Made by a program: the position numbers and the translations under genes. A DNA stretch of 63,431 nt, the filler included, from Octopus bimaculoides (Eukaryota): the NCBI RefSeq assembly GCF_001194135.2. It is 8 parts of 8 records of this genome, joined end to end, with 100 filler letters (N's around TTAATTAATTAA, not from the genome) between each part and the next. Parts side by side here need not be neighbours in the genome. Positions count along the whole stretch, not along the records: positions 1 to 3,684 come from NC_068989.1; positions 3,785 to 19,010 come from NC_068990.1; 6 more parts are not named here. One strand, given 5' to 3'. The notes beneath the pieces were generated by a model. The model made no database searches, was not told the origin of the DNA, and saw nothing but the letters and a program-made list of their open reading frames with translations. Positions 1 to 12,911 of this stretch are shown here, piece by piece. Positions within the stretch are counted from its first letter, which is position 1. The number at the start of each line of letters is the position of its first letter.

Positions 1-404
1 GTACGAAATGCTTAGTATTTCGTCTGCAGTTACGTTCCGAGTTCAAATTCCGCCGAAGTCGACTTTGCCTTTAATAAGTACCAGTTGAACATTGGGGTCG
101 CTGCAATGGAATATCCCTCTTCCCCTCGAATTTCAGGCCTTGTGCCCATAGTAGAAAGGGTTTATCATTGCTGATACTCAACGGAATAAGAGGCTGAGGA
201 GGATCCGGTGCAGTTCCTGTACTTCGGACATTAAATTAGGTGAGATTTTGTGGTGATGTGTAGAAAGTAGGGCGGCGGCGGTGGTGAAGGACGTGGTCAG
301 GTGCTTCTACACATCAAAACATTACAAGTATTGTTCTAGAGTTACACATCCCACCCCTCGCCACGTGGGTACAAAGACACACGCACATACATACATATCC
401 ATCC

Positions 405-577
405 TCAGGCAGAAGGTTGGTGGACTGCCACCTTAAACGTTTTGTACCTCTCCCCTCCTCCCTCATCGTCGCTGTCACCACCGCCATCGTGTCTCCTTGA
501 AGGAAGACAAGTATTTCCTGTTCTGCTCTTTCCAGCGACTCTCTTAAATGGCCGCTGTCTGACACTCAGATATTTGT
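405..577 (-). CDS. Candidate terminal coding exon (minus-strand gene)
   Basis: Acceptor ctgatttttaag. GC-rich unique sequence reading (x)KYLSVRQRPFKRVAGKSRTGNTCLPSRRHDGGGDSDDEGGGERYKTFKVAVHQPSA-stop. This frame is not the one in the ORF track. Confidence 0.4.
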
Positions 578-908
578 CTTAAAAATCAGATTTGACTTCG
601 TGTGTATGTGAATGCGTATGTGTGCGCGCGCGCGTAATTGTATGTGTGCGTGCGTGAATATATGTGTGTCTGTCTGTGTGTGTGCAGTTGTATGTTTAAC
701 CGTTTGTATATTAATATGCATTTGTAGAGCAGAGGTTCTTATTGTGTGTGTGTGTGTGTGTGTGTGTTATAGACAGATTGACATCTCCTTACAGCCCAAC
801 TACCCACACCTATATAGACGTAATTACAGCGGAACTTCATTGTGGGAGTGTAAATACATGGAGACATTGTTGAATATAATAGACATTAAAATTTTATTAT
901 ACACCTCG

Positions 909-912
<4 letters not shown>

Positions 913-994
<82 letters not shown>
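913..994. repeat. (CA)n microsatellite, representative of dozens of (CA)/(TA)/(GA)/(GATA)/(TATG) tracts
   Basis: Directly visible. Most N gaps are bordered by such tracts. Confidence 0.95.
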
Positions 995-996
<2 letters not shown>

Positions 997-1219
997 CGCA
1001 ATCTGTACGCCATAAAGCAGAATAGACATCTTAGAAACACCGGAGCAGAAGTTACTCTGAAATATGTAGACACAGGAAACTAATGTTTTTATGACCGTGT
1101 TTCTTTGTGTGTGTGTACACACACGCTTGTTTATGTATTTAGAATGTTTATATGTATTATATACACGAAGGATCTAATTTATGAATACGCATTAATGTAC
1201 AGACGGTTTAACAAGTATC

Positions 1220-1293
<74 letters not shown>

Positions 1294-1723
1294 ATATATA
1301 TGTATGTATACGTGAGCGTTGAGGATGTTTCGCCTGTATTTGATTGTATTCTTAATTTTTGAATGTTAGCTGTACGTGAACAACCTATGTGTATGTATAT
1401 ATATATATATATATATATATACACGCACACGTATTTGATTCTTTGTGTTTATTTATGTGTAGTTGAACATTTATATAAAAACGTACGACAACGAAAACAA
1501 GTCTGGCATAAATAGTTTATTGTACGCACGCAAATGCTTGCACGCGCGAGACATACCACGGTATAGATCCACTGTATCGGCAACATGAACCGGACATGTT
1601 GCTAGGCCGACTGGTGTCAGGCTGACCCACATTAATTTGGTACCAACTGCTGACAGCTCGATGGACTGATTGGTGAACTTTTGTCTTGGACTCAATCTAA
1701 TTTATGTGGTCCCTTTTACTGAC

Positions 1724-1898
1724 GGTAAATTTTCAGATTAACACCCGCACAATTTTCACTAGGGTGTTAGGGTTACGGTTTGGGTTAGGGACAGAATTCC
1801 CTAACCCTAACCTTACACCCTAACCGTAACCCTAACCCTAAAACCCTAACCCTAACACCTTGGTGAAAATCGTGCGGGTGTTAATCTGAAAATTTACC
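1724..1898. mobile_element. Fold-back MITE with 8-bp TSD and internal inverted telomeric repeats (Merlin-like ends)
   Basis: TIR GGTAAATTTTCAGATTAACACCCGCAC[a/g]ATTTTCAC (36 bp, 1 mismatch). TSD TTACTGAC at 1716-1723 and 1899-1906. Interior is (TTAGGG)-like followed by (CCCTAA)-like repeats. Confidence 0.85.
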
Positions 1899-2564
1899 TT
1901 ACTGACTAGCTATGTGTATTGATTGGTGGACTGGGTTCTGAGACCTTCACCTCATTGGTCTTTTATCTTTGTCCCTTCACTTGTGTCAGTTATTAGACCG
2001 CGGCCATGCTGGGGCACCGCGTTGTAGAATTTTTAGTCGAATGAATCGAGCCTAGTACTTTTTTGTTTAAGCTTCGCACTTATTCTATCGGTGTCTTTTT
2101 ACCAAACCGCTTATTTACGGAGACATAACCACATTAATACCGGTTGTTAAGCGTTGTGGTAGTAGACATACACACAGATATATATTACACACACACACAC
2201 GGCGAGCTTTTTCTCAGTTTCCGTCTACCAAATCCATTCATAAGGATTTGGTCGGCCCGAAGTTATATAGCAGAAGGCACTTGCCCAAGATGCCACGTAA
2301 TCGAGCTGAACCCGGGACCCTGTGGTTGAGAAGCAAGCTTCTTACCACAGTCACGCCTGCTCCTATTACCGACAACTCGGCAAACTGATTGGTAAAACTA
2401 TTATTTAGAATTAAACCACATTGATTTCATATTTGTTACAAATCACTTGGTAAACTCACTAGTGACCTGTGGTCTGAGACTGAACCACGTTAATCTGGTG
2501 ATACCTTCCTTTGGCAGTTAGGTGATCTAATTGGGGGACTGTGGTCTGATATTGAACCGATCTA

Positions 2565-2830
2565 TCTGGCAGAGAGTTCCAGTTGATCCGATCAACGGAA
2601 CGTGCAAGTGGCTGAGCACTCCACAGACACGCGTATATTTAACGTAGTTCTCAGAGAGATTCAGAATGTGACAAAGCTGGCCCTTTGAATTACAGGTACA
2701 ACTCATTTTTGCCAGCTGAGTGGACTGGAACAACGTGAAATAAATTGTCTTGCTCAAGGACACAATGTACCGTCCGGAATCGAACTCGTGGCCTTACTAT
2801 CGCGAGCTGAATATCCTAACCATTGAGCCA
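2565..2830 (-). mobile_element. tRNA-derived SINE family E (ttgagcaagacact core)
   Basis: Head tggctcaatggttagg...gagttcgattcc, core tgtccttgagcaagacaatttatttcacgttg. Related heads and cores at 3190-3420(-), 13980-14230(+), 21175-21360(+). Confidence 0.7.
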
Positions 2831-2940
2831 CACGCCTTCATTATCTGGTACCTATTCCTGTCATCTGCGAGGACTAATTACTTATGGACGCAGAGAGATG
2901 TAAGGTAAACTTACAAGTATGTGATTTTAGTAATAAATTA

Positions 2941-3157
2941 TTTTTCGGAACGTGGATCTCGAAACAGATAAAGCTATAAATATTAGGTTAAAAAGCCTTT
3001 GGATACAAAAAATAGAAGAGTACTCATTTCCCCTGTAAACGTGACAGGTGTTGTCCCACAGGTGACCTTTAACTTTTCTATCCAAAATGTGTTCGAACCT
3101 AATACTCAGACGCTATTATTATAGCTTTATTCGCTTCGAGATCCACCGTTCCAAAAA
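2941..3157. mobile_element. Degenerate MITE / TIR element
   Basis: ~40 bp imperfect inverted termini (ttttcggaacgtggatctcgaaacagataaagctata vs tatagctttattcgcttcgagatccaccgttccaaaaa). No clear TSD. Confidence 0.5.
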
Positions 3158-3469
3158 TGCTACATCTCCCCACTAGCTCTCTCTCTCATTGACTCTGGAT
3201 TAAGATCTTTCCCGAGTCATGCAGACTCTCTGGGTAGGTTTCCTCGGTTTCCATGGCGCTTATATTTATCCCCACTGGATGGGACACCAGTCCGTGCGCA
3301 GGAATACTCCCTTTTCCCAGCTTAGTAGACTGGGACAGCGTGAAATGAAGTGTTTTGCTCAAGAACACAACGCATCGCCCGCTTCATGAATCGAAACCGC
3401 AATCTTACGATCATGAGTCCAACACCCTTACCACCAAGCACATACACCCACGCGAACACTATTCAATTT

Positions 3470-3632
3470 TTTTTCTCCGTGTTTTTCTCCTTGTCTCCGT
3501 ATTCTTTCTGTTGAAGAGCGTAGCTCGAAACGTCAAAGACTTTCCGTATTCCCGAGCGTCATACTAATATATCCTTTTGTTATTTACACCACCTGTCCTC
3601 GTCTGTTGTTATTATTTGTATATTCTCCCATA
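3470..3632 (+). mobile_element. Short hammerhead-bearing repeat (Penelope-like terminal repeat type)
   Basis: Near-identical inverted copy at ~5055-5212. Contains the hammerhead and ends in (TA)n. Confidence 0.55.
3503..3539 (+). ncRNA. Minimal type I hammerhead ribozyme, variant core (CUGUUGA + extra A)
   Basis: TCTTT-CTGTTGA-A-GAGC gta GCTC-GAAA-CG-TC|AAAGA. Stems I and II pair perfectly, stem III is minimal (palindromic ACGT), GUC cleavage triplet. Confidence 0.65.
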
Positions 3633-3642
3633 TATATATATG

Positions 3643-3684
<42 letters not shown>

Positions 3685-4016
3685 NNNNNNNNNNNNNNNN
3701 NNNNNNNNNNNNNNNNNNNNNNNNNNNNTTAATTAATTAANNNNNNNNNNNNNNNNNNNNNNNNNNNNNNNNNNNNNNNNNNNNACAATGTTTCTCGACA
3801 TTTTTCCAAATGCCGAGAAAAAATTTATATTTTGACGGGGCTGGAACTGCCCCTAGGGGCCAATTCCTCCCTTCGAAAAAATATACAAATGAAGCTTGGG
3901 TGCTTCGCACAGATTATATGCAAAATTTTTAAACAAATGTGGGCAATATAAGGTCAAAAAAAGGTTTACCTCTGCAGCCGATGTAACAGCACGTCCGTCA
4001 GAAGAGATAGATAGAT

Positions 4017-4057
<41 letters not shown>

Positions 4058-4735
4058 TACAGAAAGGGAGATACATGTTAGTGGACTCCGATACTTATAA
4101 ACAGTGACGAGCGAAAGGGAGGGACAGAGGTCTACAGGGAGAATTTCAATGTGAGACGGATAGAGAAAATAACATTATGCAACGATGTCACATACTACAA
4201 CTATTACTATTTTCACTAAAAATACTTCTACAAATCACAAAGTACAGAACCAGAAGAAAACAGCTAATCATTTTGTCTGACACCTGATCTCCTCCCTAAA
4301 CATAATTCTTTCACATTTTCATAAAGGGGGTATCTAAACGATTACAACGAAACCTGTGTTCAACTGGTACTTATTTTATAAACCCTGAAAGAGTGAAAAG
4401 GCAAAGTCCACCTTGGCGAAATTTGAGATCAGCACGTAAAGAACCAAAAAAAATGCCGCTAAGCATTTATCTCACGCGTAACGATTCTAACAGCTGGCAG
4501 CCCTTAATGATGATAATATCTATTTCTACTCTTGACAGAAAGCCCTGAAAATTTTGGGGGAAGAGAACTGGTCGATTATATCGACCCCAGTGCATAACTG
4601 GTACTTATTTCATTGACCACGTCAGGATCAAAGACATAGTCGACCTCCGCGGAATTTGAACTCAGAACATAACAGCAGACGAAATACCGCCAAGCATTTT
4701 GCCTGGCGTGGTAACAATTCTGCCAGCTCGCCGCC

Positions 4736-4784
<49 letters not shown>

Positions 4785-5054
4785 NNNNNNNNNNNNNNNN
4801 NNNNNNNNNNNNNNNNNNNNNNNNNNNNNNNNNNNNNNNNNNNNNNNNNNNNNNNNNNNNNNNNNNNNNNNNNNNNNNNNNNNNNNNNNNNNNNNNNNNN
4901 NNNNNNNNNNNNNNNNNNNNNNNNNNNNNNNNNNNNNNNNNNNNNNNNNNNNNNNNNNNNNNNNNNNNNNNNNNNNNNNNNNNNNNNNNNNNNNNNNNNN
5001 NNNNNNNNNNNNNNNNNNNNNNNNNNNNNNNNNNNNNNNNNNNNNNNTATGTAT

Positions 5055-5212
5055 GTGGGAGAATGTACGAAAAAAAAACAACAACAGACGAAGACTGGTG
5101 GTGTAAACAACAAAAGGATGTATTAGTTTGACGGTCGGGAATACAGAAAGTCTTTAACGTTTCGAGCTACGCTCTTCAACAGAAAGAATACGGAGAAAAC
5201 AAGGAGAAAGAC
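5055..5212 (-). mobile_element. Short hammerhead-bearing repeat, second copy
   Basis: Reverse complement aligns by eye along its length with 3470-3632. Confidence 0.55.
5151..5187 (-). ncRNA. Minimal type I hammerhead ribozyme, second copy of the 3503 family
   Basis: Reverse complement reads TCTTT-CTGTTGA-A-GAGC gta GCTC-GAAA-CG-TT|AAAGA. Confidence 0.6.
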
Positions 5213-6210
5213 ACACATATGTGTATGTGTGTGTATATGTTTGTGTGTCTGTGTTTGTCCCCCACCCCAACATCGCTTGACGACCGATGCTGGTGTGTTC
5301 ACGTCCCCGTAACTTAGCGGTTCGGCAAAAAAGACCGATAGAATAAATACTAGGGATCGATTTGCTCGACTAAAGGTGGTGCTCCAGCATGGCCGCAGTC
5401 AAATGACTGAAACAAGTAAAAGAGTTAAAGAGTATCGGCATAAGGGCCTGAAATTTTAATGGGAAGTGTGCTAGTCGGTTACATCACCACCTGTAGCTGA
5501 CTGGTACTTGTTTTATCGACCACGAAGGATTGACTGCAAAGTCGACGTCGGTGAAATTTCAACTCAGAATGATTCACAATAGTTAAAGTTTTCTGCCAGC
5601 TCTCCATCTTAATATAATAAGGGTAACGGTTTCTAATCGCGGCACATGACCAACAATACTGTGGGAGAGAGATTAGTCAATAATTTCCCCCCTCAGTATT
5701 TCGATAAGTACATTATGTTCTTAATCGCAGAAGAAAGAGAGAGTAAACTCGTCTCGGAAGGATTTGAACTTGGAAATTATACATCCATAAATAAATGCTG
5801 CAAAACATTTTGTCTAACGCTCTATTATTTCTTCCAATTCACTGCAAATTGTTCGAGAAGATTGCTTTTTCTGATTACATAGAATAAATATATAATTAAA
5901 TAAACATGATGAGTGTTTCAATATTAAAAAAAAAGGGTGTCATGCGGTCCTTTATCTACGTCTTTCGGTAGTATGGCTTTCAGATGAAAAAATGTAAACG
6001 TTGAAGTATCTATTTCATTCCTATCTGTACTTTCTTTCTGTAACGTTGCTACTTAAATAGACTCACCTCAAGTTATTAACGAATACAAACGTGATGTGTT
6101 GAGTTTCAATAGTTTGACACAATCAGCAACAAATTCCAATGTCTTCCATTGAAATATCTTTGATAGCATTAACATCAGAAATATCATCGTCGTTAACATC
6201 GTTGAGGTCG

Positions 6211-6248
<38 letters not shown>

Positions 6249-6523
6249 GTCTCCGTCGTAGTCGTCATGAACAGAGACATGTGAAAGTAACCACTGCCAC
6301 TACAAACGCCAACACCAACACCGCCGCCGCTACTATCCACCCATCAATCGTCATAATCATCATCATCGTCGTCGTCGTCGTAGTCGTCATAATAATCATC
6401 ATTCACTGCAGCAATTAAATAAGAATGCAAATTGTTGTGGTTACCGTTGCATATATACATTTGTACAATTGAAATAAGAGTGCACTTTCATATCCTTACG
6501 TATTTCTACAAGAATACACACAC

Positions 6524-6554
<31 letters not shown>

Positions 6555-6764
6555 TACGCATGCACACTATATATATATGTGTGTGTGTGTGTATTTTCAC
6601 ATCACACAATGTGTGTATGTATACATATATATTATGCATATACATACGCATGCATATATATATATATGTATATATACATGCATACATACATATATATGTG
6701 TGTATAAACGTGAGTATATAAGCATGTACACATAGGTACATACATGCACATGTATGTATGTGTG

Positions 6765-6808
<44 letters not shown>

Positions 6809-6909
6809 TGTATGTATTCATGTATACGTTGCTCTGAATGTGTTTGTTCACAAATGGTTTGTGCTTGCATGCATTTCCAAACACATGATACTCACACATG
6901 CATAGAAAC

Positions 6910-6947
<38 letters not shown>

Positions 6948-7125
6948 TGATTCATGCATTCTATTGAATTGCTTATGTCTCAGGTATTCCCCAATACACT
7001 GCATTATATATTGAAACGTAAGGTTTCATGTAATGATTGCATGGAATGGTTTGCAAACAAATTCAGGGGAAAAAAACACATGACAAACAGTATGGAATGA
7101 AATCTTAGAAGGCAGCATATGTATA

Positions 7126-7188
<63 letters not shown>

Positions 7189-7645
7189 NNNNNNNNNNNN
7201 NNNNNNNNNNNNNNNNNNNNNNNNNNNNNNNNNNNNNNNNNNNNNNNNNNNNNNNNNNNNNNNNNNNNNNNNNNNNNNNNNNNNNNNNNNNNNNNNNNNN
7301 NNNNNNNNNNNNNNNNNNNNNNNNNNNNNNNNNNNNNNNNNNNNNNNNNNNNNNNNNNNNNNNNNNNNNNNNNNNNNNNNNNNNNNNNNNNNNNNNNNNN
7401 NNNNNNNNNNNNNNNNNNNNNNNNNNNNNNNNNNNNNNNNNNNNNNNNNNNNNNNNNNNNNNNNNNNNNNNNNNNNNNNNNNNNNNNNNNNNNNNNNNNN
7501 NNNNNNNNNNNNNNNNNNNNNNNNNNNNNNNNNNNNNNNNNNNNNNNNNNNNNNNNNNNNNNNNNNNNNNNNNNNNNNNNNNNNNNNNNNNNNNNNNNNN
7601 NNNNNNNNNNNNNNNNNNNNNNNNNNNNNNNNNNNNNNNNNNNNN

Positions 7646-7676
<31 letters not shown>

Positions 7677-7818
7677 ATATACATATATATATATGTGTGA
7701 ATATATACATATACATACACACACATACATATACAGAGATAGAGAGAGAGATTTATAGAGATGCACACACATGCACATAGATGTACGCATAGATAGTTAG
7801 GTAGATAGATAGATAGAC

Positions 7819-7869
<51 letters not shown>

Positions 7870-8376
7870 TTATGTGCTATATTTGAAAAGCGAGAGAGAG
7901 AGAGAGAGAGAAAGATTATGCGCTATATTTGAAAAGCGAGTATGGAATCTCACGTTGGCGTTTTCAATAAGGTACAACTAGTAAAAGTTAATTTTGAATT
8001 TTAACGAAGTTATCATAAATATTTTTGTGAATACTGGGCTATGTATCTTGTTACAGGATCTTGTTTTAATAATATCGATAACATCATATACATGTGCATA
8101 TACACATAGTAGATATATACACAAACACACACACACATACGCACAGTCACATAGTCACGCATACACGCACACACTCACACATACACAAACCTGCACATAT
8201 TCACATACATGCATATAGTCACGCATGCACACACGCACACACACAAGTGCCAGCATACGAAACTCTCGGAACTTGAGTCACTGTCTTGCTTTCACTAAAT
8301 AATTATAATAATATACATATATTCATATTATGAGTCTTATTTTTCCTTTATATATATATAGACAGATAGATAGAGG

Positions 8377-8445
<69 letters not shown>

Positions 8446-8659
8446 GTAACTTTCTTTTATTAGCCACACAGGGCTGCACACAGAGGGGACAAATACAACT
8501 GTAGAGCTTGTCTTTAAAACAAAAAGGTAAAATAAAAATTAACAAATCCGATCAAAAGGGATCGGTAGGGGCAAAAAAAAAAAAAAAAGGGTGTCGTATA
8601 TCACAGAAAATGTCAATTGTGTAAAATGGGGTAACATTAGGTTTATCCATGGAGAGAAA

Positions 8660-9105
8660 AGCCTTAGATAGAGGGAGGGAGTGGTTAATAAATTGTCACC
8701 TAAATTACGCAAGGATGAAAATAACATTGACATCTCATTCTAACAGGTATATTTACCAAAATTACATAAAAATATCATGGAATACTAAAACGTAAATGTA
8801 GCCAATTTAAATCGCCATTGGCTTCAACCAGGTCCTGCAAACAACGTAGGACTCTCCTGTAACTCTTCTAGACGGTCTTCTCGTTTAAGTTGGCGAACGC
8901 TGCCATTATCCTTGACTTCAGTTCATCTTTGGGGTTACAAGGAGTCTTGTTGGTCTCTCGTTCAACTGCACTGCACACATGATAATCAAGGGGATTGCAG
9001 TCTGGGGAGTTAGGTGGCCAGATGTTAGGGGTGGTGTGGTTCCAGAAATTACCTGACAGCCATGCACGAAATTTAAAAAAGAAACTGGCGACAATTTACC
9101 CATCT
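8660..9105 (-). mobile_element. Tc1/mariner DD37D relic, 3' part
   Basis: PNIWPPNSPDCNPLDYHVCSAVERETNKTPCNPKDELKSRIMAAF, followed by the same right end as the other copies. Confidence 0.75.
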
Positions 9106-10599
9106 TGAATGTGTGTGTGTGTGTGTGTNNNNNNNNNNNNNNNNNNNNNNNNNNNNNNNNNNNNNNNNNNNNNNNNNNNNNNNNNNNNNNNNNNNNNNNN
9201 NNNNNNNNNNNNNNNNNNNNNNNNNNNNNNNNNNNNNNNNNNNNNNNNNNNNNNNNNNNNNNNNNNNNNNNNNNNNNNNNNNNNNNNNNNNNNNNNNNNN
9301 NNNNNNNNNNNNNNNNNNNNNNNNNNNNNNNNNNNNNNNNNNNNNNNNNNNNNNNNNNNNNNNNNNNNNNNNNNNNNNNNNNNNNNNNNNNNNNNNNNNN
9401 NNNNNNNNNNNNNNNNNNNNNNNNNNNNNNNNNNNNNNNNNNNNNNNNNNNNNNNNNNNNNNNNNNNNNNNNNNNNNNNNNNNNNNNNATTCGAAAATGG
9501 GGGTTTCTGTGAAACCCCCATTCTTTGCGTTCTCCACATTTATGCTTTTATATGTGCTTTGTGAATTTCAATTTATTTTATATTTCAAACGACTCAAATT
9601 TTCACTGCTTTGAAACCATTCTGAGTCCTTTTTCAGAATTTTCTTTTCTTTTCGCATTTATCGAAATGGTTTCATTCCATTGCTTATGGCCAGAATTTGC
9701 ATTTGGATGGTTTAATTGAAGTTAGCTTCATTTCCTTTTCTTCTTTTGTCGATTTCGTTTTTACTTTTCCTTTATTGGTCATTTCCGCCATTATACCATA
9801 AATTTCAATGGTTTTCAAAGATTTCTCAAAATATGTTTGTGGTGTTATTTCCTCTCAATGACAGTTCTATGATTGTTCAGCATCTATGTCTCTCTTTTAT
9901 AATCATATCCTGTTTTATATATTTTATCTAAATATTGTTTTCCTTTGTTGAATACAATATTCAGTCTCACTCTCCAACGCGGTTTCCTCATCGTATCTCG
10001 TTAACCTCAATTATATCTAGTTTAGCTCAAATCAATTGTTTGTGTCATTCTGTTTATTAACCTTGAATGTCTTCCACTTAAATTTCAGTATTATCAATCT
10101 CTGTGGTGTTGCTTAACTTTTGCTTTTTGCTTCTTGTTTCTTTTGGGTTTTTTTTTTTTTACTTTCGTTTGTCTTTGGTAAATTAAGTGATCGTCTTGTC
10201 TGTAATTATCGGTTAATTTTGTATATTCTGTGTCACTAATTTAGGCATTTTATTGTTATTCATAATTTCTTTTTTATACATTTGATTCGCCTACAGATCT
10301 TTTCAGGTACTCTGCAGCCAGTGAGCAGGTTATTTTATATCTGAAGCTTTGAATTGTCAATATTATTATAGTTTCGTTTATTATATTTCATTTTTGTTGT
10401 TTTAGATTTCGTCATGACAGAACGCCACAGCAATGTCTGCTGCCGTTACGTCATATATTTTCTCTGCTTACTATTTAGACTGACTTCTACAAATGAATTT
10501 GTTCTGGTCTCTGTAATGTTCATTTATGCAATGTAGAGGGCATATTTGCAGTTCAGTCTAGCTTTTAGGAAAGAATTTATTCTGATATCTGTAATTTAA

Positions 10600-10960
10600 T
10601 ATTACTTCATTTTGTTTCACTGAAGAAGGGATATTTCCTGGTACATACCTTATGCTTATCTATAACATAAGCGAGAATGCCTCGTAATTATGTATTTCCG
10701 AATGGCGTTGTCTACTGTTTCTCATTTTATAGCTATATTTATATTATTCTCCCATATATCCTAAATGTATTTTGACAGAGCCTTTACATTCCTTGAGTAA
10801 ACATTCCAAAGTGTATGCTTTGCGTGAATCCGGTTGGAGTGTTTCGCTTTCTATTCGGATGTAGTTAAGTCATTTTTGTTTCCTTTTTCCATCTTACAGT
10901 CTCATAGATGATTTCTATTTGGTCAATTTCAAATTACATTTACATATTTTGGCATATGTT
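10600..10960 (-). mobile_element. Penelope-like element GIY-YIG endonuclease relic
   Basis: ALSKYI*DIWENNINIAIK*ETVDNAIRKY...RHSRLC, with stops at the conserved Trp positions of LSKYIW...IKWE..D.A...C.LC. Upstream CKCN and EIIYETV-like motifs. Confidence 0.5.
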
Positions 10961-12721
10961 CATGATCTGTATCTTACGAAGAGCTAAAGGTAAAAAAGAA
11001 TATATCGTCAAAGCATCAATCAGTCACCATAAACTAATCTCCTGCCTGCTTCGTCAAAAATATAAATCTTAGCAAATTCTGACCCTATATTAAAAACTGT
11101 CCGGGACAAAACGTATAACGTGCTATGTTACATATATCTTTTAAATACATTATGTAAAGTGGTGATGGCTGATCTTTGTGTCTGAACATCGTAAGGCAGA
11201 GCGCCATGTAACCCATGTGGCCATGTAAACCAATTCTTCAAAAACGGGCTCCAGCGAGCCTGGATCAAATTTCCTTTCCGCCTGTGCTTAGTTTTAAAGT
11301 GAGCCTGTCTGCCTCGTCTTTAGACTTGAAGGCTAAACAGAATAGCGCAGTGATTAAAAAGCTTGTAGGGAACAGCAAGATGTAGATATTACACTGTAGC
11401 GGCCTTCTTCTAGGTGAATTGTCTTACAAGACTGGAGAGCTCCACCTATCCAACAGCAGGTGGCAAGGTGTCAAAGAGGAAAACGGACCATCTGAGGAAC
11501 TTTGCTCTTTGATTTTCTGTTGAGGTTGAGCCCTAACTTTTTTTCCACAATGTCCTTACAAGATAGTGAGTGCTTGTGTTTGGAGTTCTCTTTTTCTTTT
11601 CCATAACATGTTAATCAGCCCCGAAGAGGCACCCTGACAGATGTTATTATTCCGGGTTAGATTAGACACGGGAACAGTAATGAATAAGGTGTGGTTTCGC
11701 ATACCTGAAAACCCTGAAACTCCCGAACCAGGGAACTAATACCAGATGCCGTTTAAGGCTATACTACTTTCGCAAACACCATACCAAGTTATTGTTGTCA
11801 TATACATACGAATTATTGTCCTTTTATGCTGTTTCTTTAGTCATACTATCCGCACACAGATTATATTTATTATTAATCTTTGTGTTTTTAAAATCTAAAT
11901 TTATTTACGTATATTTTCTGAATTCTATTCAAGAATTATGTTTTCCCAGCATATCTCCCTCCAATCCACTTCTATAAATAAATATTCATGTCCTCTTTAA
12001 AACTTCGTACTATGAATAATTATAAACAAATTTCGGAAATTTCATACTTTAATTATCTCCGCTAACAATCGTGTTTTCGTAAAATATCCCGTTCTGGTGC
12101 AGTGATTAATAATTTAATAAGGGCGGTTAGGGAAAATACAAGTCTCATTTCAGTGAAATGAGACATTTCTTCAAAATCTTATTAATTGCAAGATGTTGTG
12201 TGTTATTCTCGATGTCATTTGTTAGATAACTGCTTTTAATTATGTGTGCAAAATGGCTGTACTTATTGCGTGCGTTCCTATACTTTTCTATGTTTGTAAG
12301 ATCGTTATAATATCAGTACATGTGTTGGAATGTTTCTGCAAAATGAAAGGAAAATAATAAGACTAAAATCAAGATTCGTAAGAGAAAATAAAACCTAAAT
12401 AAATAGCTATAAAACATCTATTCTACTGGTGACAAATAACAATGTAGAATTATTACAGAATTTCTTATATATGTTTTCCAAAAATGATTGTTTGCCTTAT
12501 TTCTTTTTTGTAACAACAAAAATATATACAGGAAATATTAATCTGTGGTTAATTACAATAATTTGGCACGCAAAATTATATTCTTGGCGACTCTCCACCA
12601 AAGCTAACTTCAACAGAAATAGCTTCTTCCAATCGACTATGAAAGATTTTACAGTATATTTCGAATTTACTGATGTTTTTTTTTGTTTTTGAGGTTGTAC
12701 TGTTTGTATTGGTTTCTAAGT

Positions 12722-12762
<41 letters not shown>

Positions 12763-12849
12763 AGGGCATGTATGTATATACATGTTTACACGTACATATG
12801 CATACAAATAAATTGAATGTCTATATATTGTATATATATCATATATCTG

Positions 12850-12911
<62 letters not shown>

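Noticed and set aside
314-565. 83-aa minus-strand ORF MSDSGHLRESL...
   Set aside because: GTG start with an in-frame stop just upstream, and it runs into (TG)n. The alternative frame fits the acceptor better.
1790-1860. True telomere or chromosome fusion site
   Set aside because: The repeats are enclosed by TIRs and an 8-bp TSD, so they belong to a MITE.
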